Positions 32,996 to 43,975 of a stretch of 64,000 bases of DNA are shown piece by piece. The notes under the pieces were generated by a model, which worked only from the letters and a program-made list of their open reading frames with translations, was not told the origin of the DNA and did not search any database. The position numbers and the translations under genes are program-made. This stretch comes from an uncultured Nitrososphaeraceae archaeon (GTDB taxonomy: Archaea; Thermoproteota; Nitrososphaeria; Nitrososphaerales; Nitrososphaeraceae): assembly GCA_963765895.1 (NCBI GenBank), contig CAVXZB010000023.1, positions 160,001 through 224,000 of the forward strand, written 5' to 3'. Positions within the stretch are counted from its first letter, which is position 1. Each line of letters opens with the position of its first letter.

Positions 32996-35343
32996 TTAGT
33001 CGTGGTGGTCGCTGCCATGCTTGTGATTGGTTTCAACGTGGTTAGCAACAGCTCTATCTACTATATTCAAGTAGTCAGAAGTAGAAATACCTTCCTGATT
33101 AGTAACTGTTAAGCTTTAGCTTTATAAGGGCATTATCCAGAACTTCGGGAAGTTTGAATGACCAGCCAGCTGTGTTAGATCCACCTGCAGTAGTACCCTG
33201 AGGCCCAGATATTTGATCCCATTTATATGACAAGGGCGCGCCAGCTGGATCATAACTGCCACTGCCATCGACAACAATTGACGACCCACCGTTTGCTATC
33301 TGATCTGGGCCTGCTACTGCGACTGGCGATACCTTATTGGAACTCGTATTTTCAGATGTAGTTGTCGCTGAAGTAAAGGGAGGAGCAAGCTGAGCGGACG
33401 AATTAGGTTGTTCGGCTTCTAAATCAGAAGATAAATTGCCTGATAATGTAGCTGGGTTGGTATTATCTAGCGCATTAGGAGGCGTATTTGGAGGTATATT
33501 TACAACAGACGAATTAAATAGGCTAGCCGTGTTTGGGCTTGGGATATTTACTTGATCGTTATTGACTAGAAATTTTGATGGAATATTTTGAGATTGTACA
33601 ACTGCTGTGGAAACATTTACGTTCTGATTGCTATTACTAACCTGTACATGACTATTTGAGTTGGCCTGAGAAATAGAATTAGATGATAGTTGGTCAATTG
33701 ACGATGTAGAACCAACGGAGGGATTACTCTTTTTAGCAAGTATATCAACAGTCGCTGAAGAGGCACGTCCAGTGCTGTCTGTCACCGTTAACCTGTACGC
33801 GAAGTGTGTGTCTGACTTAACCTTTGGAACGGTAAGTGAGAACACTGGAGAGTCGCTAACTTTCGACGTTATAGATGAATTATTATTGAGTGGCGCCCAT
33901 GAATAAGATACAACCGAACCGCTAGGTGACTTACTAGCTGCTCCATTCAAGGTGACCTGTTCTTGTCCATTCACGACCGAAGTTGATTGTTTAATTGCAA
34001 CGATTGGTGGTGAATTGCTGCTTGTTTGGACTTCAAGATTACCGTTTAAATTGGAATGATTCGTTTGAAGTGGGGATGCTTGGTTCGGCAAATTAGTACT
34101 TTCCAACTCGTGGAACGGTACCGGAAATATTAGACTGGGACCTATTCCGTTTGGTGCGCTCCCAGGTATCGAATCGTTCTGGCCTTGATTTTGCTCATTA
34201 ATTATAGTGCTGGTGGTAATATTGGAGTTATTAGCATTGTTACTTGGAGTATTCGCGCTAGTAGGATTTTGGTTGTTCGCTGCGCTGTTGCTATTATTAA
34301 TTGAGATCGTAATTGTTGGTCTTGGTGGAATCGATGCAGACTTTGGTAGCTGCTGGGTGGTAGATTGATTTGAAATTACAACTTTGCCTGGGATAATATT
34401 TGTAGTATTAGCTGTAGTTTGATTGCTAGGCTGCTTGATGCTAGTAGTCTTTGGAGGAATAGATGCAAAGTTTGGTTTTGCAGGATTTTGTTTTGAAATT
34501 ACAACTTTGCCTGGGATAATATTTGTAGTATTAGCTGTAGTTTGATTGCTGGCCGCTTTAGGATTATAGTCTGCTATTAGTAGTACCAGAATTACTTTTG
34601 ATATTATATGGAGGAACGAACACACTTCCTTTATCATTGCTAGTGCTCTGATTTGTCAGGTTTAGTGTATTTTCAATACCGTTTTTGCGCTCCGCCATAC
34701 CGTTTTTGCGCTCCGCCATACCGTTTTTGCGCTCCGCCATACCACTATTAGCTGCCTTATTTACTGAATTTTCGACAATCTTCTTATGCTCTTTTATGCC
34801 ATTATTAACGCTGGTTACAGAAGAAGGCTCTGGATTAACATTTTTCGACTTTTCGGTCTCGGCAAAATTGACACCTGTTGACGGCATAATCGGTTTATAC
34901 GAATTTGATACGCCTGTGAAATTTACGCTATAATACTTTACAGATTGTGTAGCAGGAGTGTTGATATCTTTTGTATTGACACAGGAAATTTTTGATGTCA
35001 CTCTGTTATTTCCCTCTTTGATCACCGAGATATTAGACGGCGTGAAGGTATATTTCCAAGATGAGAAGTCTGCTGCGCTTTTTCCTGTCCCACTTGGATT
35101 AACGTTCTTGTACGGTTTAAAGTCATTTATCAGAACGCCGACAGTACATTTGGTATCAGGTCTGTCTGAGGATGTTCCTGTAATCGTTAGAGTCTTGATT
35201 CCATCCGATAACTTCTCTCCTTTGGTGGGGGAAGTAATCTTTACGCTAGGTGTTGCTACTTGAGCACTGGCAGCTGATATTGATACAAAAGAGAAAATTA
35301 TTAACCCAAAGCTTAACATTAACATGAATTTCTCAAGCTTCAA
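32996..35343 (-). CDS. Large secreted Ser/Thr/Asn-rich protein with Ig-like and two PKD-like domains (apparent frameshifts ~34570, ~33110)
   Basis: Signal peptide; VKITSP..G, SYSW, LTVTD, PVAVAGPDQ...DGSGSYDP...YKWDQISGP; restored end ...NHVETNHKHGSDHHD*. Confidence 0.75.
34370..34550 (-). repeat. Internal duplication encoding SNQTTANTTNIIPGKVVIS twice
   Basis: Identical ~58-bp blocks ~123 bp apart. Confidence 0.85.
34676..34744 (-). repeat. 21-bp tandem repeat x3 (GMAERKN)
   Basis: ATACCGTTTTTGCGCTCCGCC repeated three times. Confidence 0.9.
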
Positions 35344-35744
35344 TTAATTGACCTTGGGTAGGATGTAAAAATGACTATAAAAATATCGGTTGTTAACGGA
35401 ATTTGGCTAAGGATAAAAATTACTTTACATCAGTATCTTCAAATTCCCATGGTAAGTCAGAAATACTGCGCGAGACTTGTGTATATCATTATCGTGATAC
35501 AATCTTATGATGTATCTTTAATCTGATTAAAATTCGATCACCTGAATTAAGGTTATGATTTGTAAACTGAGGTAGATAGCTTCGTTATTTTCTTATTTTT
35601 CATTCTTGGCCTCTTTCATTATCTGTCACCTTTTCCATACTTATTGCCATTATGTATTCAAACACAAAACATTTGCCATCGGTTATGGTGAAAGAGTTTA
35701 CAGTTAGTTCAATTAACCTGCACATTATGAATGAATATATTGAT

Positions 35745-36773
35745 TCAACTAGAGTAGCTCTTTATCCATCTGTCAGTATATCTTAATTTATTTTGTAATA
35801 CTACAATTCTGGAAATCTCGCTTTCATCCATTATAGAATATCCTTGTAATTTCGAACAGAGTAGGCGAGCAAAGTTTTGGATTTCGCTCATCTCCATCAT
35901 ATTATTACGTCCAAGCCGTGTGGTTGACATTCCTATATTCATGTAGGATTTTAGCTCAATAAAATGGGGATTACCTTCCTCCATCATTTTCGAAAATTCT
36001 TCTACAAAGTCTAAACGATCGTTGTAACCCCTGATTAATGTCATACGTAGTACTGTTCTTGTTTGGACTGATGCAAGAAAGCGCAAACTTTTCCACCATC
36101 TATCCCAGGCATCCTTGTGTCGCGGTCGATTAACTGTATAGAACATTTTTTTGTTGGATGCATTGGTCGAAAGATAGATCTGGGTTGGTAACGCATCCTC
36201 ATCTTGTAATCGAGCAAGCATTTCAGGTTCCTGGCCATTAGTGACAAGAAAAATCGATTTGGTTGCCTTCAACGTTTTTAAATACTTGATTAATTGAGGC
36301 AACTTTGGGTACATTGTTGGCTCGCCGGAAAGGGATATTGCATAATGTGCTGGATATAAAGACTCGTTCAGTTTTTTCTTACTATTTTTAGAATGTCCGT
36401 AAAACCCGCTGATTAATTTTTTCCTTGCCTCCATTAGATTATCTACTATGACATCCGGTTCGTCAACTAATTCCGGTGGCATTTCTAGTGTATCATAAAA
36501 TTCTGTTGGGCGCCAGCAGTAAACGCAACGATTTTCGCAATTCATCGCGGCTGGTGTCATTTCCATACACCGGTGAGTAGATATTCCATAGAATTTGTGC
36601 TTGTAGCAATTACCCTCATCTGCAAAGGACTTCTTTGTCCAGTGACATAATTCTACCGCCGAATGGTTGTAAACTCCGTATTTTGCTTTTTGTAGTTTTG
36701 ACCTGATCTGAGGTGTAATCTGGATAAGGTTATCCTCGGTACTGTGGGAGACATATTCGTCGGAGCAACTCAT
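35745..36773 (-). CDS. taw1: 4-demethylwyosine synthase Taw1/TYW1 (radical SAM)
   Basis: CHWTK, CYKHKFYGISTHRC, CENRCVYCWR, SLSGEPT. Confidence 0.93.
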   Translation of the reverse strand: MSCSDEYVSHSTEDNLIQITPQIRSKLQKAKYGVYNHSAVELCHWTKKSFADEGNCYKHKFYGISTHRCMEMTPAAMNCENRCVYCWRPTEFYDTLEMPPELVDEPDVIVDNLMEARKKLISGFYGHSKNSKKKLNESLYPAHYAISLSGEPTMYPKLPQLIKYLKTLKATKSIFLVTNGQEPEMLARLQDEDALPTQIYLSTNASNKKMFYTVNRPRHKDAWDRWWKSLRFLASVQTRTVLRMTLIRGYNDRLDFVEEFSKMMEEGNPHFIELKSYMNIGMSTTRLGRNNMMEMSEIQNFARLLCSKLQGYSIMDESEISRIVVLQNKLRYTDRWIKSYSS

Positions 36774-36939
36774 TTAGATCCTGGTACAATCATTTAAATT
36801 TAAAAGCTTGCAATCGCTAGATGAACTAACATCAGCTATTATTGGTAATATGATTAATTGAATAATTTGTGGCTCGAACAGCCTCCTCTATTCAGACAGA
36901 CAGCATTTATTAGGAATATCATAAAATTATGCCTAACAA

Positions 36940-37758
36940 TTGGGTATTAACACTGAAGATATAGTTAAAACCAGCCTGAACTTGGTGAACTGGGGAAGTT
37001 TACCCGCAGACAGCAACGTACACGTTAGAGGTGACAATATTTGCAAGGCCATGATAGCTATTGATGTTAGCATTGCAGAATTAATGCTGGCAAAGAATCT
37101 TGGTTGTGACGCTGTGATAGCCCATCATCCAATAGGAATCTCGGCTCTCAATTTCCATAAGGTGATTGATCGACACGCGGAATATATGGTTGAAAATGGT
37201 ATTCCAGAAGATCTTGCTGCGGAAGCTACTCGCAAGCTGAAGGAAAGAGTAAGAATAAGATCTCATGCAAGCATTTACGATCAGGTGATTCATGCCGCAA
37301 AAGTACTGGACTTGCCACTTGTCAATATACATCAACCGTGTGACGAATTTATGCGAAGAACAATATTGGAAAGGATAACTGCAGGGAGCACAGAGTACGT
37401 TTCAGACATTATCAAGTCAGTTGAATCTATAGCAGAATTCAAAAACGTTGAGACCAAAGTGGAGACTATTTTTGGAAGCTCGAATAATAGAACCGGTCGA
37501 TGGGCTTTAGTAGTAGCTGCGGGAACAAATGGTGGGTATCCGATAGCAAAGCTATATTTTCAGCATGGAATTGACACTGTAATATACCTTCATATTGATT
37601 ATAACGAGGTAATAAAAATGCAAAACGAGCAGGTGCAAGGAAATCTAATTATCCTGGGTCATCTAGCTGGCGACTCTGTAGGGCTTAATGCACTAGCTGA
37701 TAAACTAGAAGAAACAGGCATTGAAACTGTCAGAGTAGGCATTATATCTTCAAAATGA
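36940..37758 (+). CDS. NIF3-like dinuclear metal-binding protein
   Basis: IDV, VIAHHP, NIHQPCD, AGTNGG, GHLAGDS. Confidence 0.75.
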   Translation: MGINTEDIVKTSLNLVNWGSLPADSNVHVRGDNICKAMIAIDVSIAELMLAKNLGCDAVIAHHPIGISALNFHKVIDRHAEYMVENGIPEDLAAEATRKLKERVRIRSHASIYDQVIHAAKVLDLPLVNIHQPCDEFMRRTILERITAGSTEYVSDIIKSVESIAEFKNVETKVETIFGSSNNRTGRWALVVAAGTNGGYPIAKLYFQHGIDTVIYLHIDYNEVIKMQNEQVQGNLIILGHLAGDSVGLNALADKLEETGIETVRVGIISSK

Positions 37759-37901
37759 AATAAAATAGCGAATCGCCTAACATTTAGTTGCTATATTTGC
37801 GGCAGGATAGAAATATTGTCCACCATCTGCTATGTTCATTTACGAGAACTTTGTGATCTCGTCTAACAATTATATTTGTCGTAGTTTTAGAGTTGTTGGT
37901 T

Positions 37902-38017
37902 GGCCTTCGTAGTATAGCCTGGTGAGTATAGGCGGCTGTGGTCAAGACGAGATAAGCGATCATCATAATCTTGGAAGAAACCGCTCGAGGAGGGTTCAAA
38001 TCCCTCCGAAGGCCCCA
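37902..38017 (+). tRNA. tRNA-His(GTG) with ~38-nt intron at 37/38; G-1 and CCA encoded
   Basis: GCCTTCG/CGAAGGC acceptor, GGCGG-CTGTGG[37942-37979]A-CCGCT, GGTTCAAATCC. Confidence 0.93.
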
Positions 38018-38159
38018 TTTTAATTTTACTAAATGTTAAAAAATGTTTTGATATAGGGGCCCTAGGATTGATGGTATTGGTTGACTGGTAAATTAGCCTA
38101 GAATAAATTCTAAAATATCAAGTTGGTAAAACTGAATTAAATTAAAGCCAGATCCAAAT

Positions 38160-38504
38160 TCATATCGAACTTTCGAATTCTTCGTGTATTAAAGGGTTGG
38201 CTAATACCCAGCCATAATGATATTCGTCATGGATGTATCTTACCTCTTTTATGTTTGGCTTTAGCTTATTTTTTCTTAGTCCCAGAAGTAGTCCAGTTTG
38301 GATTGCAATGCCAATTTTCTTGCTGAGTTGAGTAGTCTTGGTATCCCCCCTAGGAAGCAAAAGTCTACAGCTAAACCTGCCTTGATCGTTAGCGTCTCCA
38401 TAGAACTTGACTAATCTGTCAACCACATCATGTACATCACCAGTTCCCTTGATGTCAATAGTAACCTTCACAGGAAAATTGGAATAGGATCTCGACTGAG
38501 ACAT
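38160..38504 (-). CDS. Hypothetical protein
   Basis: 114-aa ORF with protein-like composition. Confidence 0.6.
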   Translation of the reverse strand: MSQSRSYSNFPVKVTIDIKGTGDVHDVVDRLVKFYGDANDQGRFSCRLLLPRGDTKTTQLSKKIGIAIQTGLLLGLRKNKLKPNIKEVRYIHDEYHYGWVLANPLIHEEFESSI

Positions 38505-39032
38505 ACCTGATTACATAGAAAACATGGCAAGGAAAAAAACATTCAGTTGACAGTTAGAAGGAAAAATATCTGTTTCAGAAGATTCTGGCTTTTCAGAGTT
38601 CCACCGGCCAGAACATCGCTCTCCCGGACCTTTACACAGTGGATTCAAAATTAAGTATGACTATTTAGTTAAAATGTCCCCTGTAGCATTTTATCGGATT
38701 CAAACAAGAGAATGCATTGGAATTATGTGAAGGGTAGTTGAGGTATAGAAGTTTGATGTTACAACATCCCTGATTCTATGATAACGAAACTCTTTATTAC
38801 AACGTCAGGATGGATAGGGCCGCCCTTATAGCAAGTAATAGTAATAGAGAATATACATGGCCGGTTGCTACTCTTAGGATAATTAATATAGGCTTCTCGT
38901 CTTAAAATTTAACCGCCAGTTTAACGAATTCGTGAGTTTTAACTCTATTGATATCAGTTGGGGCAGGTAACTGATCTCCTTCTTGATTTATGCTGCATTT
39001 ACCTATGGTCATTTAGTAGTTCAAGAAACCAG

Positions 39033-39107
39033 TGCCGGGGGCGGGACTTGAGCCCGCGACCTTTCGATTATGAGTCGAACGCTCTGGCCATGCTGAGCTA
39101 CCCCGGC
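39033..39107 (-). tRNA. tRNA-Met(CAT), probably elongator, no intron
   Basis: GCCGGGGTAGCTCAG...TTCGA-CTCATAA-TCGAA...CCCCGGCA. Confidence 0.9.
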
Positions 39108-39511
39108 AAAGCTCAGAGGCCATTTGCTAACAAAATTCCTTTCTAGCATATATAATCTATTCAAACTAGTGATGTTTCATTGATTAATCTCAATCGATTT
39201 ATATAGCGAATCAGAGACATTTTTCGAGTTAATCTGGATATGAAAGCGTATGCTCTAGTATCCTGTTAATCGATATTGGATAATATTTGTCCATAAGTTT
39301 AGTTTACCTAACGCTATAACACTATACATAAGGTTGAGCTTCACAACACAAACAAAATCTACAATTTCGTTGCCCTCCGGGTCTGCAAACAAGTTATCTG
39401 GTAGTCTAATATTGACGTCTATTGGGTATAGTATTTTTTTCTTGGTATTCTATCTAAATTGGCAAAACCCGTCACATATCTTTTCCGTCATGAATATGTT
39501 TTGACTCCCTA

Positions 39512-41254
39512 TCAACTTTCTTCTTGAACGACTTGGATCCCCTTCTTGCCGTAATCTTTGCCCGGGTAAAACCGTCTTAATTCACTTTTGACGTAAGTAT
39601 CTACCCACATGAACTTTCGTTGTAGAGTGGCTGTATAGATTTTCTTCCAATCGAGCTGAACGTATTCAAGCCACGCTCGCATGACGCGGGGATCAATATA
39701 GTTTCTCAGAGAAGTACCAAGGTTATAATCACGAGTCTCTTTCTGAAGCTTTAGCTGAACTTGTACTTTTTCTAACCTGGCTTCTAATCTATTTTTCTGA
39801 AGATCAGTCTTCCATTTCTTGGCCGCAATATCATCTTTTAGTTTCCTGATTGTATCTTCCTTTGATTTTATAGAAATTTCAAATCTTTCTAATGCTTTTT
39901 TGCTGGCAGGATTATTTGGATCTATTCCCTTTTTATGATTGCAAGTAATTGCCGCTTTTAGATTTGCCATCTTAGCAATGTATATCTTTTGTGGCTCAGA
40001 AGACTGTTTGTTGACCTTGGCCGAAGAATTAGCCAGAGCCTCTCTCACTGTAGTAGTGGTGATATACGTTCTGAACACTTTTGCTGTGAGGCCCGGCACA
40101 CTCTTGCTATCTAGCGTACGCAGAAAAGAGTTTACTTTATTGGAAGTTATTCCATCAAAAATCTGATCCCCCTTTTGCTTGCCGTTCATAAATAGTCTCA
40201 GATTATCATATAGTCCCTGCATATCGCGTGACTTTACCTCAAGAGTTTTCTGCCATGGGACACTATCCTTACCCAAAAAATTGAACTCTATAAATTGTTG
40301 TCCATCAGATTCTGGAAACCTAATGTGTTCGACTCGCAGAGTGGACGCACCTACAGTGTCTGCCTCCTCTGGATCCTTTTCATCACCTACCCTCATTGCA
40401 AGCTTTGAGATTAGATAGCAGACTGTTGCAAGTTTTCTATGACTTAAATCGCGCGAAGATATCATCCTCTTTATAATCTCATCTTGAATCTTGTTGATGT
40501 GATTACCTAACCTATCCGCCTTGTCATACTTTTCTCTATCATTATTTTGTCTTAGTGTAGAAGAATCGTGAAGCCAGACATACTTTCTTTTATCTGTCAA
40601 GACCTCAGTCCACGTAGCTAACCACGTGGAAGCATGATCATGGACTACCTTTTTCCAGGATCCTTCAGGTCCTGGTGCGTCTTCACCCAGGTTAAGAATC
40701 ACATCCTCCGGCCTAATTCGTGGTTTCCACCTACCACGTAATGGATGCTGCCCTCTTCCCATAAATATCCCCGGAGGTTCGACCAGCCAATTAGCAATGT
40801 CTACTTCAGTCCCATCTACAATTGCCTTGCCAAAAATGGATTTCAATCTTTCGCGTTCGGCTTTTTTTTCAAGAGATATCCTCTTTCTATCGTCTCGGCT
40901 TAAGTTCCTGACTCTTTCAATTTCTTGTTCTTTGAATCTCTTTTCTTTGTCTACTAACGTGAACGCTTCCTCAAAATTAATCTCCTCTATGCTACCAATT
41001 TGTTGATATTTTTCTGGCAGCAATTTTTTGAAATCTGACAAAAAATTCACCTGAAATACCGAGTCCTTTACATAGTGTGTATCCTTCTTTTTTGCCCATG
41101 CGTAAACCAGTTCTTCTTGATCAGGACTCAGTATCACCTTCTCATCTTTTATATAGATACTCAAACCCTTTGGTATATAAAAAGGGGGAAAAGCAACGCC
41201 ATTATGTTGTAATGTACGCCATTTATGGGACATAACTGCAACTGAAGACTCCAT
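39512..41254 (-). CDS. top1B: DNA topoisomerase IB (eukaryote-like)
   Basis: KWRTLQHNGV, EPPGIFMGRGQHP, MRVGDEK, FLGKDS, AKVFRTY, CNH, GTSLRNYIDPR. Confidence 0.96.
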   Translation of the reverse strand: MESSVAVMSHKWRTLQHNGVAFPPFYIPKGLSIYIKDEKVILSPDQEELVYAWAKKKDTHYVKDSVFQVNFLSDFKKLLPEKYQQIGSIEEINFEEAFTLVDKEKRFKEQEIERVRNLSRDDRKRISLEKKAERERLKSIFGKAIVDGTEVDIANWLVEPPGIFMGRGQHPLRGRWKPRIRPEDVILNLGEDAPGPEGSWKKVVHDHASTWLATWTEVLTDKRKYVWLHDSSTLRQNNDREKYDKADRLGNHINKIQDEIIKRMISSRDLSHRKLATVCYLISKLAMRVGDEKDPEEADTVGASTLRVEHIRFPESDGQQFIEFNFLGKDSVPWQKTLEVKSRDMQGLYDNLRLFMNGKQKGDQIFDGITSNKVNSFLRTLDSKSVPGLTAKVFRTYITTTTVREALANSSAKVNKQSSEPQKIYIAKMANLKAAITCNHKKGIDPNNPASKKALERFEISIKSKEDTIRKLKDDIAAKKWKTDLQKNRLEARLEKVQVQLKLQKETRDYNLGTSLRNYIDPRVMRAWLEYVQLDWKKIYTATLQRKFMWVDTYVKSELRRFYPGKDYGKKGIQVVQEES

Positions 41255-41405
41255 CTACTTTGTGTGAACTCCTAGCTCATTACTCTTAAAGGTTGCCAGC
41301 AGACTTTCTATCGTTATCATTGGACTGATTCGTATCAGTTAATTCATCCAGGAAATAGTAATAAATTAGGAAGTCCAATTTGATCAAACACAAATAAGTA
41401 ATTGT

Positions 41406-42656
41406 TTACTTCCTAATAGAATGGTATCTGAATTTATCCAGGTTGATCAATTCGTGATATGAACCGAAGTTAGTGGGATCGGCGTTATCAAGGGCATACC
41501 TGTCTGGATCGTTTACTTGTGTCTGTGAATTAATTAAACCGTACAACGTGGATCTTTGAGCAGGAACCCTTCCAGCGGAGCGAATTATTGTTCGTATTTG
41601 TTTAGGCTTCATTAATTGTCCATGTTGAGCACCTGCAGCTGTAGAAATGCTTTCATTCATTAGGGTTCCGCCAAAATCATTAACCCCACAGTCTAGGAGT
41701 AACTGGGACATCCGTGGTCCTTCCTTTACCCATGATACCTGAATATTATCTATAAATCCATCAAGCATTATTCTGGAGATGGCATGCATCTTGACTATTT
41801 CGTTACCATCAGGTCCTGGCCTCATGTTCTGAACCAGGCCAAAGTTGAACATTGGTGCCTCGTGGTGTACAAAACTTAGCGGGACGAATTCTGTAAATCC
41901 CCTTCGTTCTTTTTGTAATTCTCTTATGGTTTCTAGGTGCCGAGCTTTATGTAGCGACGTTTCTACATGCCCAAACATAATAGTACAAGTAGTAGGTATG
42001 TTCATAGAATGTGCTGCTCTAACAACTCTTATCCAATCCTTAACTGATATTCTGCCAGGTGAAATAACCTGTCGCAAATCTTGGTCCAAGATTTCAGCCG
42101 CAGTTCCTGGCAGGCTACCTACTCCAGCATCTTTTAGCATTTTTAGATATTCCTCAACACATACCTCAGACCTAAGTGCACCGTATAGTACCTCTTCTGG
42201 GGAAAAAGCGTGGATGTGGATATCAGGTAGTTCCTTTTTAATGGCTCTGCAGATGTTTATGTATAAATTCCCATCCATCTTCGGGGGCAAGCCTGCCTGG
42301 ATACACACTTCAGTTGCACCTAACGACCAAGCCTCCTTTGCTCTCCTTACAACTTCTTCTAGAGGTAGAAAATATCCCTCTTCCTCTCTAAAGTCTCTAC
42401 TAAAAGCACAAAAGCCGCATTTTTTTATACAGACATTACTAAAATTAATATTTCTATTAACTACGTAAGTAACATAGTCTCCTACCTTTTGCCGCCTAAG
42501 CTCGTCTGCGACAAGGGAGACGATGGTCATCTCTGTCGAATTTGTATCGAATAGCGCTACAGCTTCCTGGACTGAGATTTCCTTGTGACTCAGCGCTTTA
42601 TTCAATGTGCTAGAAATTATGGGATCTATATTTTTGAAAATCGTATCAAGATTCAA
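41406..42656 (-). CDS. cofH: FO synthase subunit CofH
   Basis: YVVNRNINFSNVCIKKCGFCAF, PGTAAEIL, NIQVSWVK, DFGGTLMNESI. Confidence 0.93.
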   Translation of the reverse strand: MNLDTIFKNIDPIISSTLNKALSHKEISVQEAVALFDTNSTEMTIVSLVADELRRQKVGDYVTYVVNRNINFSNVCIKKCGFCAFSRDFREEEGYFLPLEEVVRRAKEAWSLGATEVCIQAGLPPKMDGNLYINICRAIKKELPDIHIHAFSPEEVLYGALRSEVCVEEYLKMLKDAGVGSLPGTAAEILDQDLRQVISPGRISVKDWIRVVRAAHSMNIPTTCTIMFGHVETSLHKARHLETIRELQKERRGFTEFVPLSFVHHEAPMFNFGLVQNMRPGPDGNEIVKMHAISRIMLDGFIDNIQVSWVKEGPRMSQLLLDCGVNDFGGTLMNESISTAAGAQHGQLMKPKQIRTIIRSAGRVPAQRSTLYGLINSQTQVNDPDRYALDNADPTNFGSYHELINLDKFRYHSIRK

Positions 42657-43840
42657 TTCTGATCGTGCTCCTTTACCAGCCCCGCATCATCTATCAGCGG
42701 ATCAACAAAAGATCTCAAGCCATCAGAAATAAAGCCCAATGATTTGTCCAAGAATTCTGGATAAATCGGCAGCCGGGCTCTCAATCCGTGAGCCTTTTGC
42801 AGAGTAATGCTCCTGACTATCTCTACGTCTGGCCAAGAGTGTTCGGGATTGACGTAATCGATCGTGACCGGAGAAATCCCTCCCCAGTCATTGATACCTG
42901 CATCTATAAAATCACCAAGTCGGCCTCGATTAAGGTTTGGTGGAACCTGGATATTCATATTGTTCATGACTAGTCGCGCAACAGCCACACATTTTATGAA
43001 GTAAGAATGAGATGGCCTATTAATCTTGACCATTGCGGTATTTGCCTTTGGGGAAAAATTCTGCATGATTACCTCTTGGAGATGGCCAAACTTGCTTTGA
43101 ATTTCCTTAATTACAAACAACGAATCAATCATCTCTTCAGGGGTCTCGCCTATGCCAACAAGCAATCCAGTCGTCATTGGAATTTTGAGTTCGCCGGCGC
43201 TTTGAATTGTCTTTGTCCTGAGTTTTGGATTCTTACTCCGAGCCATTTCATGAGGCATTCCCTCCCCAAGGAGTCTTTCGCTTGAGGACTCCAACATGAG
43301 ACCTAGACTCACGTTCGTATCCTTTAATGAAGACATTTCTTTTTTTGTGAGACAACCTGCATTAGTGTGTGGTAGCAATCCAGTCTTGTAAAGAACCATC
43401 TCACTAACTTCACTAATATAGTCAACGATTGAGGAGTGACCTAGCGACTTTAACCATTCTTTGGCTTTTGAATATCTTGCCTCCGGTCTTTCGCCAGTAA
43501 CAATCAGGGCCTCAGTACACCTTGTCATTTTTCCACTCTGAGCAATCGAGAGCACTTGATCTCGGCTCATCATCGACAGGGACTCATCGGTAGGCTCTTT
43601 TTTGTAGGTACAATATGAGCACGTATCACGACACAAGTTGATCAAATTTATGAAAACTTTAGGTGAATAGGTAATCGGACCAGGCTTGAACCTATCTCTG
43701 ATTGACTTTGCTGTCTGTAAAATCGAGTGAGTGTTCTCAGATTTGAGAAGTAGAACAGCTTCTGTCCTCGAGATCGATTTGCCTTCCAAAGTTTTATTCA
43801 GTACCTCGTTAATTTCGTTTTCAACCGTACACGAAAACAT
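42653..43840 (-). CDS. cofG: FO synthase subunit CofG
   Basis: CRDTCSYC, LPHTNAG, SLGLMLE, QVPPNL, DWGGISPVT. Confidence 0.93.
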   Translation of the reverse strand: MFSCTVENEINEVLNKTLEGKSISRTEAVLLLKSENTHSILQTAKSIRDRFKPGPITYSPKVFINLINLCRDTCSYCTYKKEPTDESLSMMSRDQVLSIAQSGKMTRCTEALIVTGERPEARYSKAKEWLKSLGHSSIVDYISEVSEMVLYKTGLLPHTNAGCLTKKEMSSLKDTNVSLGLMLESSSERLLGEGMPHEMARSKNPKLRTKTIQSAGELKIPMTTGLLVGIGETPEEMIDSLFVIKEIQSKFGHLQEVIMQNFSPKANTAMVKINRPSHSYFIKCVAVARLVMNNMNIQVPPNLNRGRLGDFIDAGINDWGGISPVTIDYVNPEHSWPDVEIVRSITLQKAHGLRARLPIYPEFLDKSLGFISDGLRSFVDPLIDDAGLVKEHDQN

Positions 43841-43975
43841 CCTTAAATCTTATACCTAACTCATTATTAACAATTAGCTAAGAACAGTATTAATACTGAT
43901 TATTGCGGTTTCATCTAATTTTGGTATTGAGTGATCAAATCTATCTACGATTTTATGAATTAAGCAGCTTAATGG

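Noticed and set aside
37902-39107. tRNAs as integration sites
   Set aside because: No duplicated tRNA 3' end or integrase seen
41845-42468. Long antisense ORFs (also 59393-60061, 50174-50698, 46566-46934)
   Set aside because: Shadows of well-supported genes on the opposite strand
39512-43840. Topo IB and cofGH as novelties
   Set aside because: Established features of thaumarchaeal genomes
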